Positions 20,120 to 30,650 of a stretch of DNA of 64,000 nt are shown one piece after another. Where the stretch lies: the IMG/VR virus record IMGVR_UViG_3300027822_000002; one strand, written 5' to 3'. Every line of letters starts with the position of its first letter. Position 1 is the stretch's first letter. A program made the translations under genes and the position numbers. Under the pieces are notes generated by a model, which did not search any database, had not been told where the DNA came from, and worked only from the letters and a program-made list of their open reading frames with translations. Source of the DNA: a virus.

Positions 20120-20128
20120 GAGCTAGAA

Positions 20129-20608
20129 ATGTCAGATGATGATGAAGAAGAATTCGGCATTGGAGATGCCTCTTTCGAGGGCATGAAGCCAAAGAAAAAA
20201 AAAGAAGTCCCTGCCTATCGGGATGGTGGCTGGTATGGCTCCGATCTTTATGGAGACAGCTATTATAAAAACAGAACCACATCCGGAGGATGGAAGTCTG
20301 GTTGGGCCGCATCTCCAAGCAGCCGAATTCAGACAAAAATCAGTATGTTACAGTCTCTTTCTGTAAAGTTTACGAGGGGTGGAATTGATGAAGATGCCAT
20401 GAAAGAGGAGGCTCTTCAAACTATTTTTGATTCTATTGAGATTCTCATGGAAGCCGCCGATCTGAAGTTCTCAGAAGACGAACTCTATGATGAAGACGGG
20501 GTGCTTCTCGGAAGTCCCGAGGATGTTGTCAGGAAGAATTTTGTTTCTGAGCTAATGCCGCCCCATATTGAAACTGAAGAAGAAGAGGAATACAATTATG
20601 GATTTTAA
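20129..20608 (+). CDS. acidic hypothetical protein
   Basis: ORF. Confidence 0.45.
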   Translation: MSDDDEEEFGIGDASFEGMKPKKKKEVPAYRDGGWYGSDLYGDSYYKNRTTSGGWKSGWAASPSSRIQTKISMLQSLSVKFTRGGIDEDAMKEEALQTIFDSIEILMEAADLKFSEDELYDEDGVLLGSPEDVVRKNFVSELMPPHIETEEEEEYNYGF

Positions 20609-21233
20609 TGACAGCAAACGTTTGTGGGATTATCTACAACCTGTTCTTGTCAAAGAAGGCAGCGGAGTGAAATACAAGTCCGCCGCATTCTCAGATGCTC
20701 ATGCGGCTAAAAAGCTCGGCATCGATGAGACAAAGGTTGCCAGATTTCGCCGGAAGTATTTTGGGCCGCTAACTGCCAAGACCACCGTCGAAAAGGATGA
20801 CCTCTTGAAGGAGATTGAGAACAGTCTCACCAAGGTCAGAGGTGGGTATGTATACAAGGATGGCATAACCGATGAAACAATCGGTGAAAAGTTCGGGCTT
20901 CATTTCTGTACTGTTGGAGTTGCCAGAAAGAAGAAATTCGGCATCTTCCCCAGACGTAGGGATTCAAAATCCAAGAAAGCATCCATGAACGCCATTGAAC
21001 GGCAGGTTGCGGAGCTTCAAAGCACTCTCAGCACAGTTCACCAGATAGTGAGCCAGATCAACCACGACCAAACTGAGCACACGGCGAAAGTGAACGGTTT
21101 CATCGAGGGTTTGAATGCTTCCAGAGAACGGAAGCTGAAATCTGACAAGTTCTATGACTTCAGAGTTGGTGGAAACCCGCCTGCTGAATCTCGTTCAGAA
21201 TCCCCCTTCAAACCAACGGATGGCGATGTTTAA
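20568..21233 (+). CDS. hypothetical protein
   Basis: ORF. Confidence 0.45.
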   Translation: MKLKKKRNTIMDFNDSKRLWDYLQPVLVKEGSGVKYKSAAFSDAHAAKKLGIDETKVARFRRKYFGPLTAKTTVEKDDLLKEIENSLTKVRGGYVYKDGITDETIGEKFGLHFCTVGVARKKKFGIFPRRRDSKSKKASMNAIERQVAELQSTLSTVHQIVSQINHDQTEHTAKVNGFIEGLNASRERKLKSDKFYDFRVGGNPPAESRSESPFKPTDGDV

Positions 21234-21530
21234 AGCTTGACCATGAAGCCATCGCTATGAATACCCAAGGTTTTTGCAGTTTTCGCCTTGGGGGCAGCAA
21301 GACGGTAAGTGCTGCCGGAATAACACCGTCAGCCAGTGGTGATCCTCCTAACTGTCTCTCAGCAGTTCACGCGACTGGCATCTATTATAACATGAGGTAA
21401 GGCATGTCTGAAAAAGAAGAAGAAATGTCTCCAGAACAAGTGGAGGCCATGAAGGAAGCCCTCATAAAGATGCTTTCATCTAAAAAGCGTAAGAGGGAGA
21501 TTTTTGATTTTGACATAGAGGTAGAAGAAG

Positions 21531-22151
21531 ATGAGCGATAAACAAAAATGCCTGAACGCCTGCAATGCAGCAAGAGAACTTGCAGAAAAGGCTTTTGCTG
21601 ATAAGGTTGAGAGCGTAGAACCTACACTGTTTGTTACCACAAATGAGGGTGAGGGGTTTGTTTTTGTCATTAGGGATGATGCGGGGTTTTATGCTGGTAT
21701 CAAGGCCGTGACCAGTTCCAAAAACATCATGTCTATGGGGATTATGATTGAGGGCTCCGCAAGGCGAGTTCCCGAGGGTATGAGAAAGCTCTCAAAAGAA
21801 AAGATCATGGAAAACAAAGATTTCTTGGGCGACAAGCATGACTGCATCGTGACATTCTTCGCAAAGGAAGATGCCTACAGTATGAAGATGTGGTCAATCG
21901 ATGATGACAGAAACCTCATCGAGGAAGACGAGAAAGACTTCCTGAATGACGAAGCTGCGAACAACCCTCAGGAAGCAGCAATGATTTGTGGCTTCTCTCC
22001 TATCTTTGGAGATGGTAAAGGCAAAATCCTAAACAGGGAGACGGCAATTGAGATAGGAAGGCGATACAACATGATGGTTGCAGCGGTTAAAAAAGATACT
22101 CCGCTGGATAATTCATTTCCCCTTGCTGATTTTCTCCCCGCCCAAAGCTGA
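21531..22151 (+). CDS. hypothetical protein
   Basis: ORF. Confidence 0.45.
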   Translation: MSDKQKCLNACNAARELAEKAFADKVESVEPTLFVTTNEGEGFVFVIRDDAGFYAGIKAVTSSKNIMSMGIMIEGSARRVPEGMRKLSKEKIMENKDFLGDKHDCIVTFFAKEDAYSMKMWSIDDDRNLIEEDEKDFLNDEAANNPQEAAMICGFSPIFGDGKGKILNRETAIEIGRRYNMMVAAVKKDTPLDNSFPLADFLPAQS

Positions 22152-22400
22152 ATAACCGCACTTGTCGACCCAGCTATCCTCATGATCAGGGTTATGAGCC
22201 AGCCGTACAGTCTTCACCGCGTCCATCATCAGGGCCACTTGCTCTGGTGATGGGGGTGGCATCTTGTAGTCCTTGCTCCTCAGAATAATTCCCCAAACAA
22301 CCCCCACATCACAGGCATTTCTATACCAACTCCCATACTCAGCATCTCGCTCAGTAGAAGTTAGATCAGAAGCTTTTTTAAGTATTTCTTTTCTATTCAT
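22113..22400 (-). CDS. hypothetical protein
   Basis: ORF. Confidence 0.4.
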   Translation of the reverse strand: MNRKEILKKASDLTSTERDAEYGSWYRNACDVGVVWGIILRSKDYKMPPPSPEQVALMMDAVKTVRLAHNPDHEDSWVDKCGYSALGGEKISKGK

Positions 22401-22765
22401 ATGTCTATCTTACTCTTTCTTAAGTATATTATTGCTCTTTTAAGTATTGATTCACTATCCCCCAACTGACCCAATCCAGCGTTACAGTTGCTACAAAGAA
22501 GCCCCCTTACTGTCCCAGTTTCATGGCAATGATCAATAGATAGATTTATCTTATAACATGTTCCACCACATATAGCACACACCCCGTTTTGCTCAAGAAA
22601 AGCTTCGTCGTAATCAAAATCATTACCGTATCTAGCAATATAGTTTTTCCTTGTGTGTTTTTTTTGGCAGTCTTTGCATTTTGATCTTAGTGACTTACTA
22701 TTTTCAGATCTCTTGTAAAATTCTTTCTTGTTTTTCTTCTTACCGCAATCCCCGCACTTCTTCAT
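22397..22765 (-). CDS. recombination endonuclease VII (T4 gp49-like)
   Basis: DHCHETGTVRGLLCSNCNAGLG motif plus N-terminal zinc-binding cysteines. Confidence 0.7.
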   Translation of the reverse strand: MKKCGDCGKKKNKKEFYKRSENSKSLRSKCKDCQKKHTRKNYIARYGNDFDYDEAFLEQNGVCAICGGTCYKINLSIDHCHETGTVRGLLCSNCNAGLGQLGDSESILKRAIIYLRKSKIDI

Positions 22766-22774
22766 CTATCCCCG

Positions 22775-24595
22775 CTAGAATCTGTTGCGTTCTAATTCCA
22801 GTGCCTCCCCATATGGGTCCATCTCTATTTCAATTGAATGATACGTGGTTGTTGCAGGACTATAGCCTATCTGGCATTCCCCTCTCTTGCCGACCCATGC
22901 CCATCTAATCTTCCACACATTAATAGAAACCGGACCGGTGTCATTCCTGTGTACTGTTAAACCGCAGTCCGCCTTAGAGAACCAAGCCGCCGATCCTGAT
23001 ATGTCGTTCCCTTCCGGAACAGGAAGAGACCCATCCGCAAGCCTCCGCATCTTCATGGGATGAGCCACAAACCAAACATGAAGGCCATATGACATGGCCA
23101 TTACCTTGATTGCAGTGAGCATCTCAGTAACCCATTCAGTCTCACTCATATCTCGTGGGCGGTAAATGTAATTGTACGGGTCAATAACCACCCCTCTAAT
23201 CCCATACCTCAAGACAGCAGCTTTGATCCTTTCTATAATGGAGGCAAGGTTTGAGAGATTACCGTCAGATTGATGGATGAAACAGAAATGATCGTTAACC
23301 CAGTGCGCTCCCTCAGTTTTTTCAGTCTCGGACATCATCGGGGTTGGTCCAGCAAAGATAGGCTTACGGATACGCTTTTGGATAAATTTGCAGATGTGAT
23401 AGGCGGGCGGGTTCTCAAACGAACAGACAGCGAACCTCCATCCCTTATTTTCAGCTAAATTAACCATTATCTGGTCAACAAACTCTGATTTTCCTGAAGA
23501 GGGGTACCCAGTTACAATACTAAGATCGCCCGGAAGGACACTGTAGAGCTGATCAACATCCGGATATCCTGTTGGCTCACCACTGGCTAGCCCTTCTTTA
23601 AATATCCTATCAATCTCATCAAAGTACTCACTAGCTCCGTAGAGCCCGTCAACAGGCCAAGGCTCCGCATCCTTAACACACTCCACAATATATTTAGGCC
23701 CCTTATCTATCAGGGCATCGTTAGCATCCTTATACCCATTAAGATCAACCTTCATGCATTTGGCCCGGCCAACCCTTCGGGCTAGCTCTTCAGCCAGAAA
23801 CCCTCCGGGGGCGTCTGCATCAGTTGCAATGAAAACCCTTGATGCGGCATCGATGTAATCCTTCGCGTCCCACAAACATTTAAATCTTGATTGATCGTTT
23901 TCGGGGGTCGGGTCATCGATGCCGCAGGGCTTATTGATAGCTCCATTGGGAAGGCTTACCGCTCGTATCCCACATTCAGCCATCGCCAAAACATCCAACT
24001 CACCCTCTACAAAGAAAAGATCATCACCGATCTTGACCTTATCAATGCCGTATAGAGTTTGGGGTGAGCCGTTGGAGGAAAATGCTTTTTCAGTTGTTGA
24101 TCTGATCTTAGCCGCATAAGCCATTGTTTTGTTGTAGTAATTCAAACTTACAGCGGGAGTACTACGACCAATATCTGTAAAATAATGGGATGTCAGGCCC
24201 TCAATGCCATAGTCAGCTAATGTAGCGGGAGAAATCTTCCTTCCTTCAAAGAACTCTTCATGCTCTGGCCCCCATTCATATTCTAACTCCTTAGCTACTG
24301 CCGCCACTGGCTTCTCCCTTCTTATTTCTGCTGTTGGATTATTTTCTTCAAGAGGTATGGCCCCGCGCTCTTCACAATGATGGCAAAAGAATACAGCCTT
24401 ACCATCAAGTTTGGTGACTGCCATTTCGGTCTTGGTCTGGTGGTGAGATTTCCGCATGTGGCTGCAAAATGGACATATAATCCGCGCCCTTGGTCGGAAC
24501 CTCACTGCATTAATGATACTGGAGAATGGCCCTGAGGATACACTCATCAGGGGGCATATATACCAATGAAAAAATCTTTGCAAGCCCCTTGACAC
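22775..24595 (-). CDS. bifunctional DNA primase/helicase (T7 gp4-like)
   Basis: Zinc ribbon CPFC...CHHC. Toprim (topoisomerase-primase) motif IATDADAPG. DnaB-like Walker A GYPSSGKS. Confidence 0.8.
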   Translation of the reverse strand: MSRGLQRFFHWYICPLMSVSSGPFSSIINAVRFRPRARIICPFCSHMRKSHHQTKTEMAVTKLDGKAVFFCHHCEERGAIPLEENNPTAEIRREKPVAAVAKELEYEWGPEHEEFFEGRKISPATLADYGIEGLTSHYFTDIGRSTPAVSLNYYNKTMAYAAKIRSTTEKAFSSNGSPQTLYGIDKVKIGDDLFFVEGELDVLAMAECGIRAVSLPNGAINKPCGIDDPTPENDQSRFKCLWDAKDYIDAASRVFIATDADAPGGFLAEELARRVGRAKCMKVDLNGYKDANDALIDKGPKYIVECVKDAEPWPVDGLYGASEYFDEIDRIFKEGLASGEPTGYPDVDQLYSVLPGDLSIVTGYPSSGKSEFVDQIMVNLAENKGWRFAVCSFENPPAYHICKFIQKRIRKPIFAGPTPMMSETEKTEGAHWVNDHFCFIHQSDGNLSNLASIIERIKAAVLRYGIRGVVIDPYNYIYRPRDMSETEWVTEMLTAIKVMAMSYGLHVWFVAHPMKMRRLADGSLPVPEGNDISGSAAWFSKADCGLTVHRNDTGPVSINVWKIRWAWVGKRGECQIGYSPATTTYHSIEIEMDPYGEALELERNRF

Positions 24596-24666
24596 GGGTT
24601 GTGGGTCTGATCTTTAACATTACAAAAAATTAATGTTGAAATCGTCCTGAAAATTCAAACTGCGCT

Positions 24667-24695
24667 TGACAGAAAATAAGAAAATCAGTATAATA
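24667..24695 (+). promoter_or_regulatory. consensus sigma-70 promoter, TTGACA-N17-TATAAT
   Basis: Exact hexamers at 24667-24672 and 24690-24695 with a 17 nt spacer, in the divergent intergenic region. Confidence 0.55.
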
Positions 24696-24838
24696 TACGT
24701 GCATTGACTAGGTTGATATACGTGGCCAAACTAGATACAGAACAAAACGCTAAACAAATATAATAAAAAAAGACTGGTCAGAAATCGCTATACAGAGATA
24801 AACAGAATGTATTTCTCTTGGCATTTAAGCACAGGTCT

Positions 24839-24872
24839 ATTCTCTTTTAGAGAATATTTTATTGTTTAAAAA
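24839..24872 (+). terminator. AU-rich hairpin ATTCTCT-TTT-AGAGAAT plus U-tract (weak terminator or attenuator)
   Basis: Perfect 7 bp inverted repeat followed by ATTTTATTGTTT. Confidence 0.3.
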
Positions 24873-24933
24873 CAAAGACTTAGCTGAACCCCGCATACTG
24901 TCTCCAGACATAATTTCTTTATGAAATTATTTT

Positions 24934-25233
24934 ATGGTATTGACATCTATGTCTCAGACAGCTATTTTCTACCCACCAGAACTCGCGGAGGTAAATGTGG
25001 GTAAGGTTGAGGTGATCGCAAGGGCTATATGTTTTGCTGCTGGAATCGAGAATACCAAAACACACTGTCCTCACTGTAAGGTTGGGAAATGCCAGTTATG
25101 GAAATCTTTCAGAGAAGAAGCTAGGGCAGCAACCAAATCTTATGACGAATACAGAGAAAAGACGGAAGCGGAGAGTAAAGCAGCGCTGCAAGCGAGAGAG
25201 GAATCTCGGTTTGGAAGACTGTTTGGAGACTAA
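24934..25233 (+). CDS. hypothetical protein
   Basis: ORF; the true start may be MSQTAIF at 24949. Confidence 0.4.
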   Translation: MVLTSMSQTAIFYPPELAEVNVGKVEVIARAICFAAGIENTKTHCPHCKVGKCQLWKSFREEARAATKSYDEYREKTEAESKAALQAREESRFGRLFGD

Positions 25234-25534
25234 GAACTCCATTCTCAGGCACCTTGAGGCCAAAAGGAAAGTTAGGAAAAAGAGAGCAGAGAGTCTGGAT
25301 ATCTAAGTTGAGGACATCTGAATGTTTATGTTTACGCGATTCTTGAAGGCATCATATTCCCGCTGAAGCTCTCCGCTCAGCAGTAAGTGTTTTGAAAGCT
25401 CCGAAATCAGATTCATTTTCTCTGATATGTATGAGGCATCAATAGATGCCATTTCGCAAACTCGGAAGAAATCGGGAGTATCAATCCACTCAAGAGCCTC
25501 AACCCGCTCGTCTTCGTCACCATGAATGATGTCC

Positions 25535-25924
25535 CTAACCGCTTGGACAATCACCGCTCTCCAGAGCCTTAATTTCAATAAGACATCTAGGGTTGCTTCT
25601 GTCGAGTCCCCACTCAATGATTTTTCGCTTGACTTGTCTGTCATTCTGGTATGCCACTCCCTGTAGAAGGTCTAGGATTAAGGATTCGTCTAGGTCGGGG
25701 CGTCTTGATGCGTAGTGGATTTGCATGTAGACCTCAACATCTTCTGTTATGAGTTCAGGTAAAACATGCGCCTGCATCTTAAAGCAATCACAGTAATCTA
25801 AAGCTTTTTTTGATTTAATGAAGCGTGGTTTCCCCCCCACAAATACTGCCCTCCGAGAATTTGCCTTTGATGCTGGCTCACCCAATATTACGGCAGTGTA
25901 TAGGTTTTTCTTCGAATCAGACAT
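25535..25924 (-). CDS. RusA-like Holliday junction resolvase
   Basis: Size plus motifs AVILGEPASKANSRR and DLDESLILDLLQGVAYQNDRQV resemble the RusA family. Confidence 0.45.
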   Translation of the reverse strand: MSDSKKNLYTAVILGEPASKANSRRAVFVGGKPRFIKSKKALDYCDCFKMQAHVLPELITEDVEVYMQIHYASRRPDLDESLILDLLQGVAYQNDRQVKRKIIEWGLDRSNPRCLIEIKALESGDCPSG

Positions 25925-25945
25925 ATAAATGTTTATCCAACATGA

Positions 25946-26872
25946 ATGTTTCCTTATATTCTTATACCATGTATAGTTGACATGTCAAATAAGGGATGCT
26001 ACAGGGGAGGTATGAAGCTCATAAACAAGACTGGACTTCCAGACTCTTTTTTGAACTTTGCAGAGAAAGATCCCTACTCTAAAGGACATGCAGACTTCTC
26101 GGTAACTCAGCTAATCGATTCTCCTAAAATATCTCAGCTTCAGGAAGAGAACAATGCGGAGCTTGAGGTTGATGTTGCTGATAGGGTGTGGGCCTTAATG
26201 GGGACTGCGGTCCACTCCATTCTAGAGGGGGGTGCGGGGCCTGATGATATTGTCGAAGAGCGCATTTTTGTCACGGTGAATGGCAAGGTAGTTAGCGGGG
26301 CTGTGGACGTTCTTACGCCCATTGGTGATTCTTATGAAATGGATGACTACAAACTAACCAGAGCATGGTCTGTAATGGCAGACAAGCCTGAATGGGAGAA
26401 ACAGCTGAATACCTATCGGGTGATGCTACATATGAATGGGAAGAAGATTGACAGTCTTAATATTATTGCTATCATACGCGATTGGTCAGCTAAAAAGGCC
26501 CAATTTGACAGGAATTATCCACAAAAACCCATAATCAAGATAGAGATCCCGATTTGGCCGCTTGACAAGGCTGAGGCGTTCCTGCTAGAGAGGGTGACAC
26601 TTCATTCAGCCAGTCGCGCCGCGTCGGAGCCGTTCCCGTGTATTGATATAGAGCGCTGGACAAGACCGGAAAGATACGCTGTAATGAAAAAAGGAACAAA
26701 GCGAGCCTTAAAGATTTGGCCAACCCGTAAGGACGCGGAGAGATATGCTGGTGAGTGCCGGATTAAATTCACTGGGGATTATTTTGTTGAAGAGAGACCT
26801 GCCGAACATGTGAGGTGTGAAGGCAATTACTGTCAGGTCAACCAGTGGTGCAATCAATGGGGTAAATCATGA
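25946..26872 (+). CDS. PD-(D/E)XK superfamily exonuclease, Cas4/RecB-like, with a C-terminal Cys cluster
   Basis: Motif GTAVHSILE, acidic residues, C-terminal C-x4-C-x5-C; sits next to a resolvase and the helicase. Confidence 0.5.
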   Translation: MFPYILIPCIVDMSNKGCYRGGMKLINKTGLPDSFLNFAEKDPYSKGHADFSVTQLIDSPKISQLQEENNAELEVDVADRVWALMGTAVHSILEGGAGPDDIVEERIFVTVNGKVVSGAVDVLTPIGDSYEMDDYKLTRAWSVMADKPEWEKQLNTYRVMLHMNGKKIDSLNIIAIIRDWSAKKAQFDRNYPQKPIIKIEIPIWPLDKAEAFLLERVTLHSASRAASEPFPCIDIERWTRPERYAVMKKGTKRALKIWPTRKDAERYAGECRIKFTGDYFVEERPAEHVRCEGNYCQVNQWCNQWGKS

Positions 26873-27264
26873 GAAGCTTCAAGCAATACGGTCATAATGA
26901 TATTTTAAAAAATCCCAGACCAGTTGTTGAGACTTGGCGAGCCGGGATGGAAAGAGAAAGCATGGAGGGTTGGAGGGAGGTAGAGGTACCATACATTACT
27001 CTTGACCCTTCTTGGAAGATATCTGTTATACCGCCCTTTAATGGTGCTGCTGCTAGATTTCTCATAGGGCACAAAAATGATGAAGATGTATATGTGTCTG
27101 TTTATCTAGATACCTGCGAAGCCCTTGGGTGTTCTGAAGATGTTTATTGGGAAACTTATCCAGTAGATGGGTGTGTTCACAGATGCTCATTAGAGAATGT
27201 TGAAGAGTTAAAGAAAACAATAAGAAAATCAATAAGACAACAGATCAGAAATGTGAGGAAATAA
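26869..27264 (+). CDS. hypothetical protein
   Basis: ORF, ATGA-coupled. Confidence 0.4.
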   Translation: MRSFKQYGHNDILKNPRPVVETWRAGMERESMEGWREVEVPYITLDPSWKISVIPPFNGAAARFLIGHKNDEDVYVSVYLDTCEALGCSEDVYWETYPVDGCVHRCSLENVEELKKTIRKSIRQQIRNVRK

Positions 27265-28037
27265 TGGCAACTGGTGATCATGATATTTACAGTATTCCTA
27301 CTGGTTGCGTCGGTACAGATAGTGGAATTGTCTGGACTGATCCTACTCCGAAAGCAAGCACATCAAGATTTATGGTGCCACTAACACCGAAAGGAAGTGA
27401 GAGCATGAAGGAATTGAATAAATCCATAACCAAAACAATTGATGAGGTGCCAGACCTCAGAAAAGAAGCTGAGAATAAATTTGGCGGCTTTAACTATGTA
27501 TCTATTGATGAGTATTATAAAGAAGTTGCAGCTATTGCTGCAAAGAACGGTATTTCTTGGTCCTGTGTGGAAGTATCCTGTGAACAGTTTGGAAATGCAG
27601 TTAATTCAAAGGGGAAAGAAACCCCTGTATTTAGATTTACATACAAATTTAATGTTATGCATGGTGAAGAGCAATTCGGTGATTTCACTAGATTCTCCAT
27701 AATCCACCCATTTCAGGGTCCGCAGACAGCTGGTTCTGCCGCATCTTACGCAGAAAAGCTTTTCATGCGGACAACTTTTAAGGTGGTGACTGGTGAGGGT
27801 GATGCAGATGCTGTCGACACTACCATAGAGTTGACAGCCGAAAAACCCCGCAGTAAGGGATATGCTGAGATGGAGAAACTCATCAGAGAAGAGAGTGATT
27901 TGACAAAACTTGTCCTTGAATATAGAAGCAAGGCCGATAAAATTAAGAAATTGACAGTTGCAGACAAAAAGGATATTGACAACTTGTACACCGCTCGCGT
28001 AAGAGAGCTTTCATCTGAAGCCAGCCTATCATTATGA
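27264..28037 (+). CDS. hypothetical protein. Its position after the exonuclease suggests a single-strand annealing or DNA-binding protein, but no motif supports this
   Basis: Synteny only. Confidence 0.4.
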   Translation: MATGDHDIYSIPTGCVGTDSGIVWTDPTPKASTSRFMVPLTPKGSESMKELNKSITKTIDEVPDLRKEAENKFGGFNYVSIDEYYKEVAAIAAKNGISWSCVEVSCEQFGNAVNSKGKETPVFRFTYKFNVMHGEEQFGDFTRFSIIHPFQGPQTAGSAASYAEKLFMRTTFKVVTGEGDADAVDTTIELTAEKPRSKGYAEMEKLIREESDLTKLVLEYRSKADKIKKLTVADKKDIDNLYTARVRELSSEASLSL

Positions 28038-28088
28038 GGTATCAGAAATGATGATAATCATGTATAATACAGAACGAGGTTCTTTCTA

Positions 28089-28352
28089 ATGACTGACGCA
28101 AAGTACGAAGACAAGGGCGGACTGTTCCGCAACACCTACAAAAAGCCCGGTGAGAAAACTCCAGACTGGAGAACGAAGATTAACATCTCTTATGATCTTC
28201 TCAAGGCTTTGGTAGCGGATTACAAGGGCGGAGTTGATCCTGTTCTTGAGATTGCTGTATGGGACGGAGATGTCGATCCTAACAGGGGATTTATCAAGGT
28301 TCAACGTCCACGAGAGAAGACAGATGACGGTGGGTTGGCCGATCCTTTCTAG
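28089..28352 (+). CDS. hypothetical protein
   Basis: ORF. Confidence 0.4.
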   Translation: MTDAKYEDKGGLFRNTYKKPGEKTPDWRTKINISYDLLKALVADYKGGVDPVLEIAVWDGDVDPNRGFIKVQRPREKTDDGGLADPF

Positions 28353-28450
28353 AAGAGGGGCTCTCTAGAGAGGGAACCTCACGGGTTTTCTCACATCTCC
28401 TTCCCGTGGGGTAGGGGGGTCACTTTCGGGTGGCCCCTCTTTTATTGCGT
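28353..28450 (+). terminator. multi-stem structured element ending in GCCCCTCTTTTATT (intrinsic terminator)
   Basis: Outer arms AAGAGGGGC/GCCCCTCTT. Inner palindrome TCTCTAGAGAG and hairpin CACGGG...CCCGTG. Confidence 0.4.
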
Positions 28451-28522
28451 GTGATCTGCCACAATTTGGCCACAATTCCGCGCAATAATAGAAGATTAGG
28501 ATCGAGTCACAAGGAGAGAAAA

Positions 28523-28744
28523 ATGACAACGAAAATTAGTGAGCTTAGAGAAGGGGACTGGATAAAGGTGACTGGTGATTATTTTGATTGCATGTGTGAG
28601 GGAGACCTAAAGCAGGTTAAGCTTAGCACTGGAGGTGATTTTTTTATAGATTGCACAGAAGGAGGTCATTTACTTGATGGTCAATGCGAGGATGACGATA
28701 GTACTCTTATCGGCCTAGAGAAGGTTGATATAAAAGCTCTTTAG
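28523..28744 (+). CDS. hypothetical protein (start MTTKISELREG, AAGGAGAG RBS)
   Basis: RBS-supported internal start. Confidence 0.4.
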   Translation: MTTKISELREGDWIKVTGDYFDCMCEGDLKQVKLSTGGDFFIDCTEGGHLLDGQCEDDDSTLIGLEKVDIKAL

Positions 28745-28754
28745 AAAGGGAAAG

Positions 28755-29132
28755 ATGAAATCACATGAGTTAGGCTGGGAGGATAAGTACAGGTTATTCG
28801 ATGAGGTTCATTCGACAACCCCACATCATAGGACAGTTGTCAATTATGACAAGATCGATAGGCTGTGGGTACATCAGATTGTGGATTACACATTGTTTGG
28901 GATTATTCCATCCGATCCATATGTCTATTGTGTTCTGATTAATGATATTTTCGAACTCACTGAAAGGACAATAAGGAGCGGAAAATACAAGGACATAAAG
29001 CCTTTGGCAGAATGGATTCTGAACTATGTTCCTGCTGCTGCTTTTGGTGGTCAGGAAGAGATTGAAGCTTGGCAAAAGTGTGGAGGTTGTGTGGGATTAT
29101 CATGGCAACGAAACCGCTTGAAATCAGCATAA
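28755..29132 (+). CDS. hypothetical protein
   Basis: ORF. Confidence 0.4.
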   Translation: MKSHELGWEDKYRLFDEVHSTTPHHRTVVNYDKIDRLWVHQIVDYTLFGIIPSDPYVYCVLINDIFELTERTIRSGKYKDIKPLAEWILNYVPAAAFGGQEEIEAWQKCGGCVGLSWQRNRLKSA

Positions 29133-29912
29133 GGGAAATTTTTGACATGGCCGAGCAAAACGGCTATAACTATCAGTATGTAAGGGCTGAGATTGCTAAT
29201 GCTCACCCAGAGTTGAACTGGAAGGAGATTGATATTTTCATAGCAGGTGAAAAGATTGACCGACGAAAAAGACGACGACAACAATGTGGTCAAGTTTCCG
29301 GGCACTAAAGAGATTTACAAAGGTGAAGTTCATAAAGACAACGAGGAAATCGAGGGGTTTGGGGTTTCTCAAGCCCTGACAGACTTCATAGATGAACTAG
29401 AAAAAGGAGACGTAAAGAGTATAGCAATAATCTATACAAAAAACAGTGGTGACATGGAGGCGATAGTAAGCGACCAAACCACGGCAGAATTGATATTAAA
29501 GTCAGTTTATTTTGAAAGGAATGTGGCTAAATTTGTTGATAAATTGATTGACAAGAAATAATAAATAATCAGAAGAGGTGAAAATGCCCACGGTTATGTT
29601 TTATGTTGATAATTATTACTCTGATGGTGAGAAGGTTAACGAGGTTTTGGAAGAGATGGAGGATGTGGATGAGGTAGTGGTTTTGGAGGGGCACAGATTT
29701 TACAACAAGGCTAGGAAATGGGCTGCACATAAGTCCATCAAGACTAGTAAATACGATGACAGGCCCGGACTTTACGGTAAGTATTCCAGAGATGTGATGT
29801 TCAGGAATGCTATTCAAGGGTCCAAACCAGACAAGATTGTCAGCTTCGGTAAGCGTCATTTCGGGTTGCTATCTCAAGCTGAACTGAACAATATAAAAGT
29901 GGAGATTGTAAG

Positions 29913-30650
29913 ATGAAGAATAAGATTGATTCACATATATCGGCCATCAACACACTCAGGTTCGGAGTTTTGGTTGCTGCCCCAGAAATGAAAAGAAGTA
30001 AACACAACATCAAAGAATTTCAACGAGATTCTCAACGCCCCCACAAAACATTTGGCCTCAAACATCGCGCCCTAACAACCGCCGCCCTTGCCCAACATTC
30101 TCTATCTAGAGCCCAAAAGGATGTGAGGGCTTTATATATTGCTTATGGCCTTGCAAGGGGTCGCATATATCAAGAGATAGAGGTTGATGCAAAGACAGAG
30201 CCTGATTGGAAATCGGTATTTATGGCTTTGGACTCTTGCAATCTTGTTATTGAGTCAGAGGGAGTTCTGTGGGATTTTGAATACTTCTCTCTTCGTAACA
30301 GTCATGACATAACATTTGGAGAATGGCAAAGAGGCGGTCCCCACCTTCCCGAAATGGTTGTGAGGTATATCGAGAGGGGAGAAGTTTTTGGCGATCCAGA
30401 TGATGCTCTCTTTGAAGCTAAGATGATTAACGAGAGCGATGACCTCGAAAATCCGCTTGAAAGCATTGAATACGGCGATGGGGAGTATTTTGATCCGGAT
30501 GATGTGGAGAAGAGGCGTGAGTTCATTGAGGGGATGGTGGGAGAAAATCAAACATTACCAGCCATGTCGATGGAGTTCAGACCGTGCCAATGTGGAAGTG
30601 GGAAATCATGGCAGGAATGTTGTGAGGGGGGCAAGGTGGCTGTAATTTGA
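29913..30650 (+). CDS. SEC-C motif metal-binding protein
   Basis: C-terminal CQCGSGKSWQECC. Confidence 0.5.
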   Translation: MKNKIDSHISAINTLRFGVLVAAPEMKRSKHNIKEFQRDSQRPHKTFGLKHRALTTAALAQHSLSRAQKDVRALYIAYGLARGRIYQEIEVDAKTEPDWKSVFMALDSCNLVIESEGVLWDFEYFSLRNSHDITFGEWQRGGPHLPEMVVRYIERGEVFGDPDDALFEAKMINESDDLENPLESIEYGDGEYFDPDDVEKRREFIEGMVGENQTLPAMSMEFRPCQCGSGKSWQECCEGGKVAVI

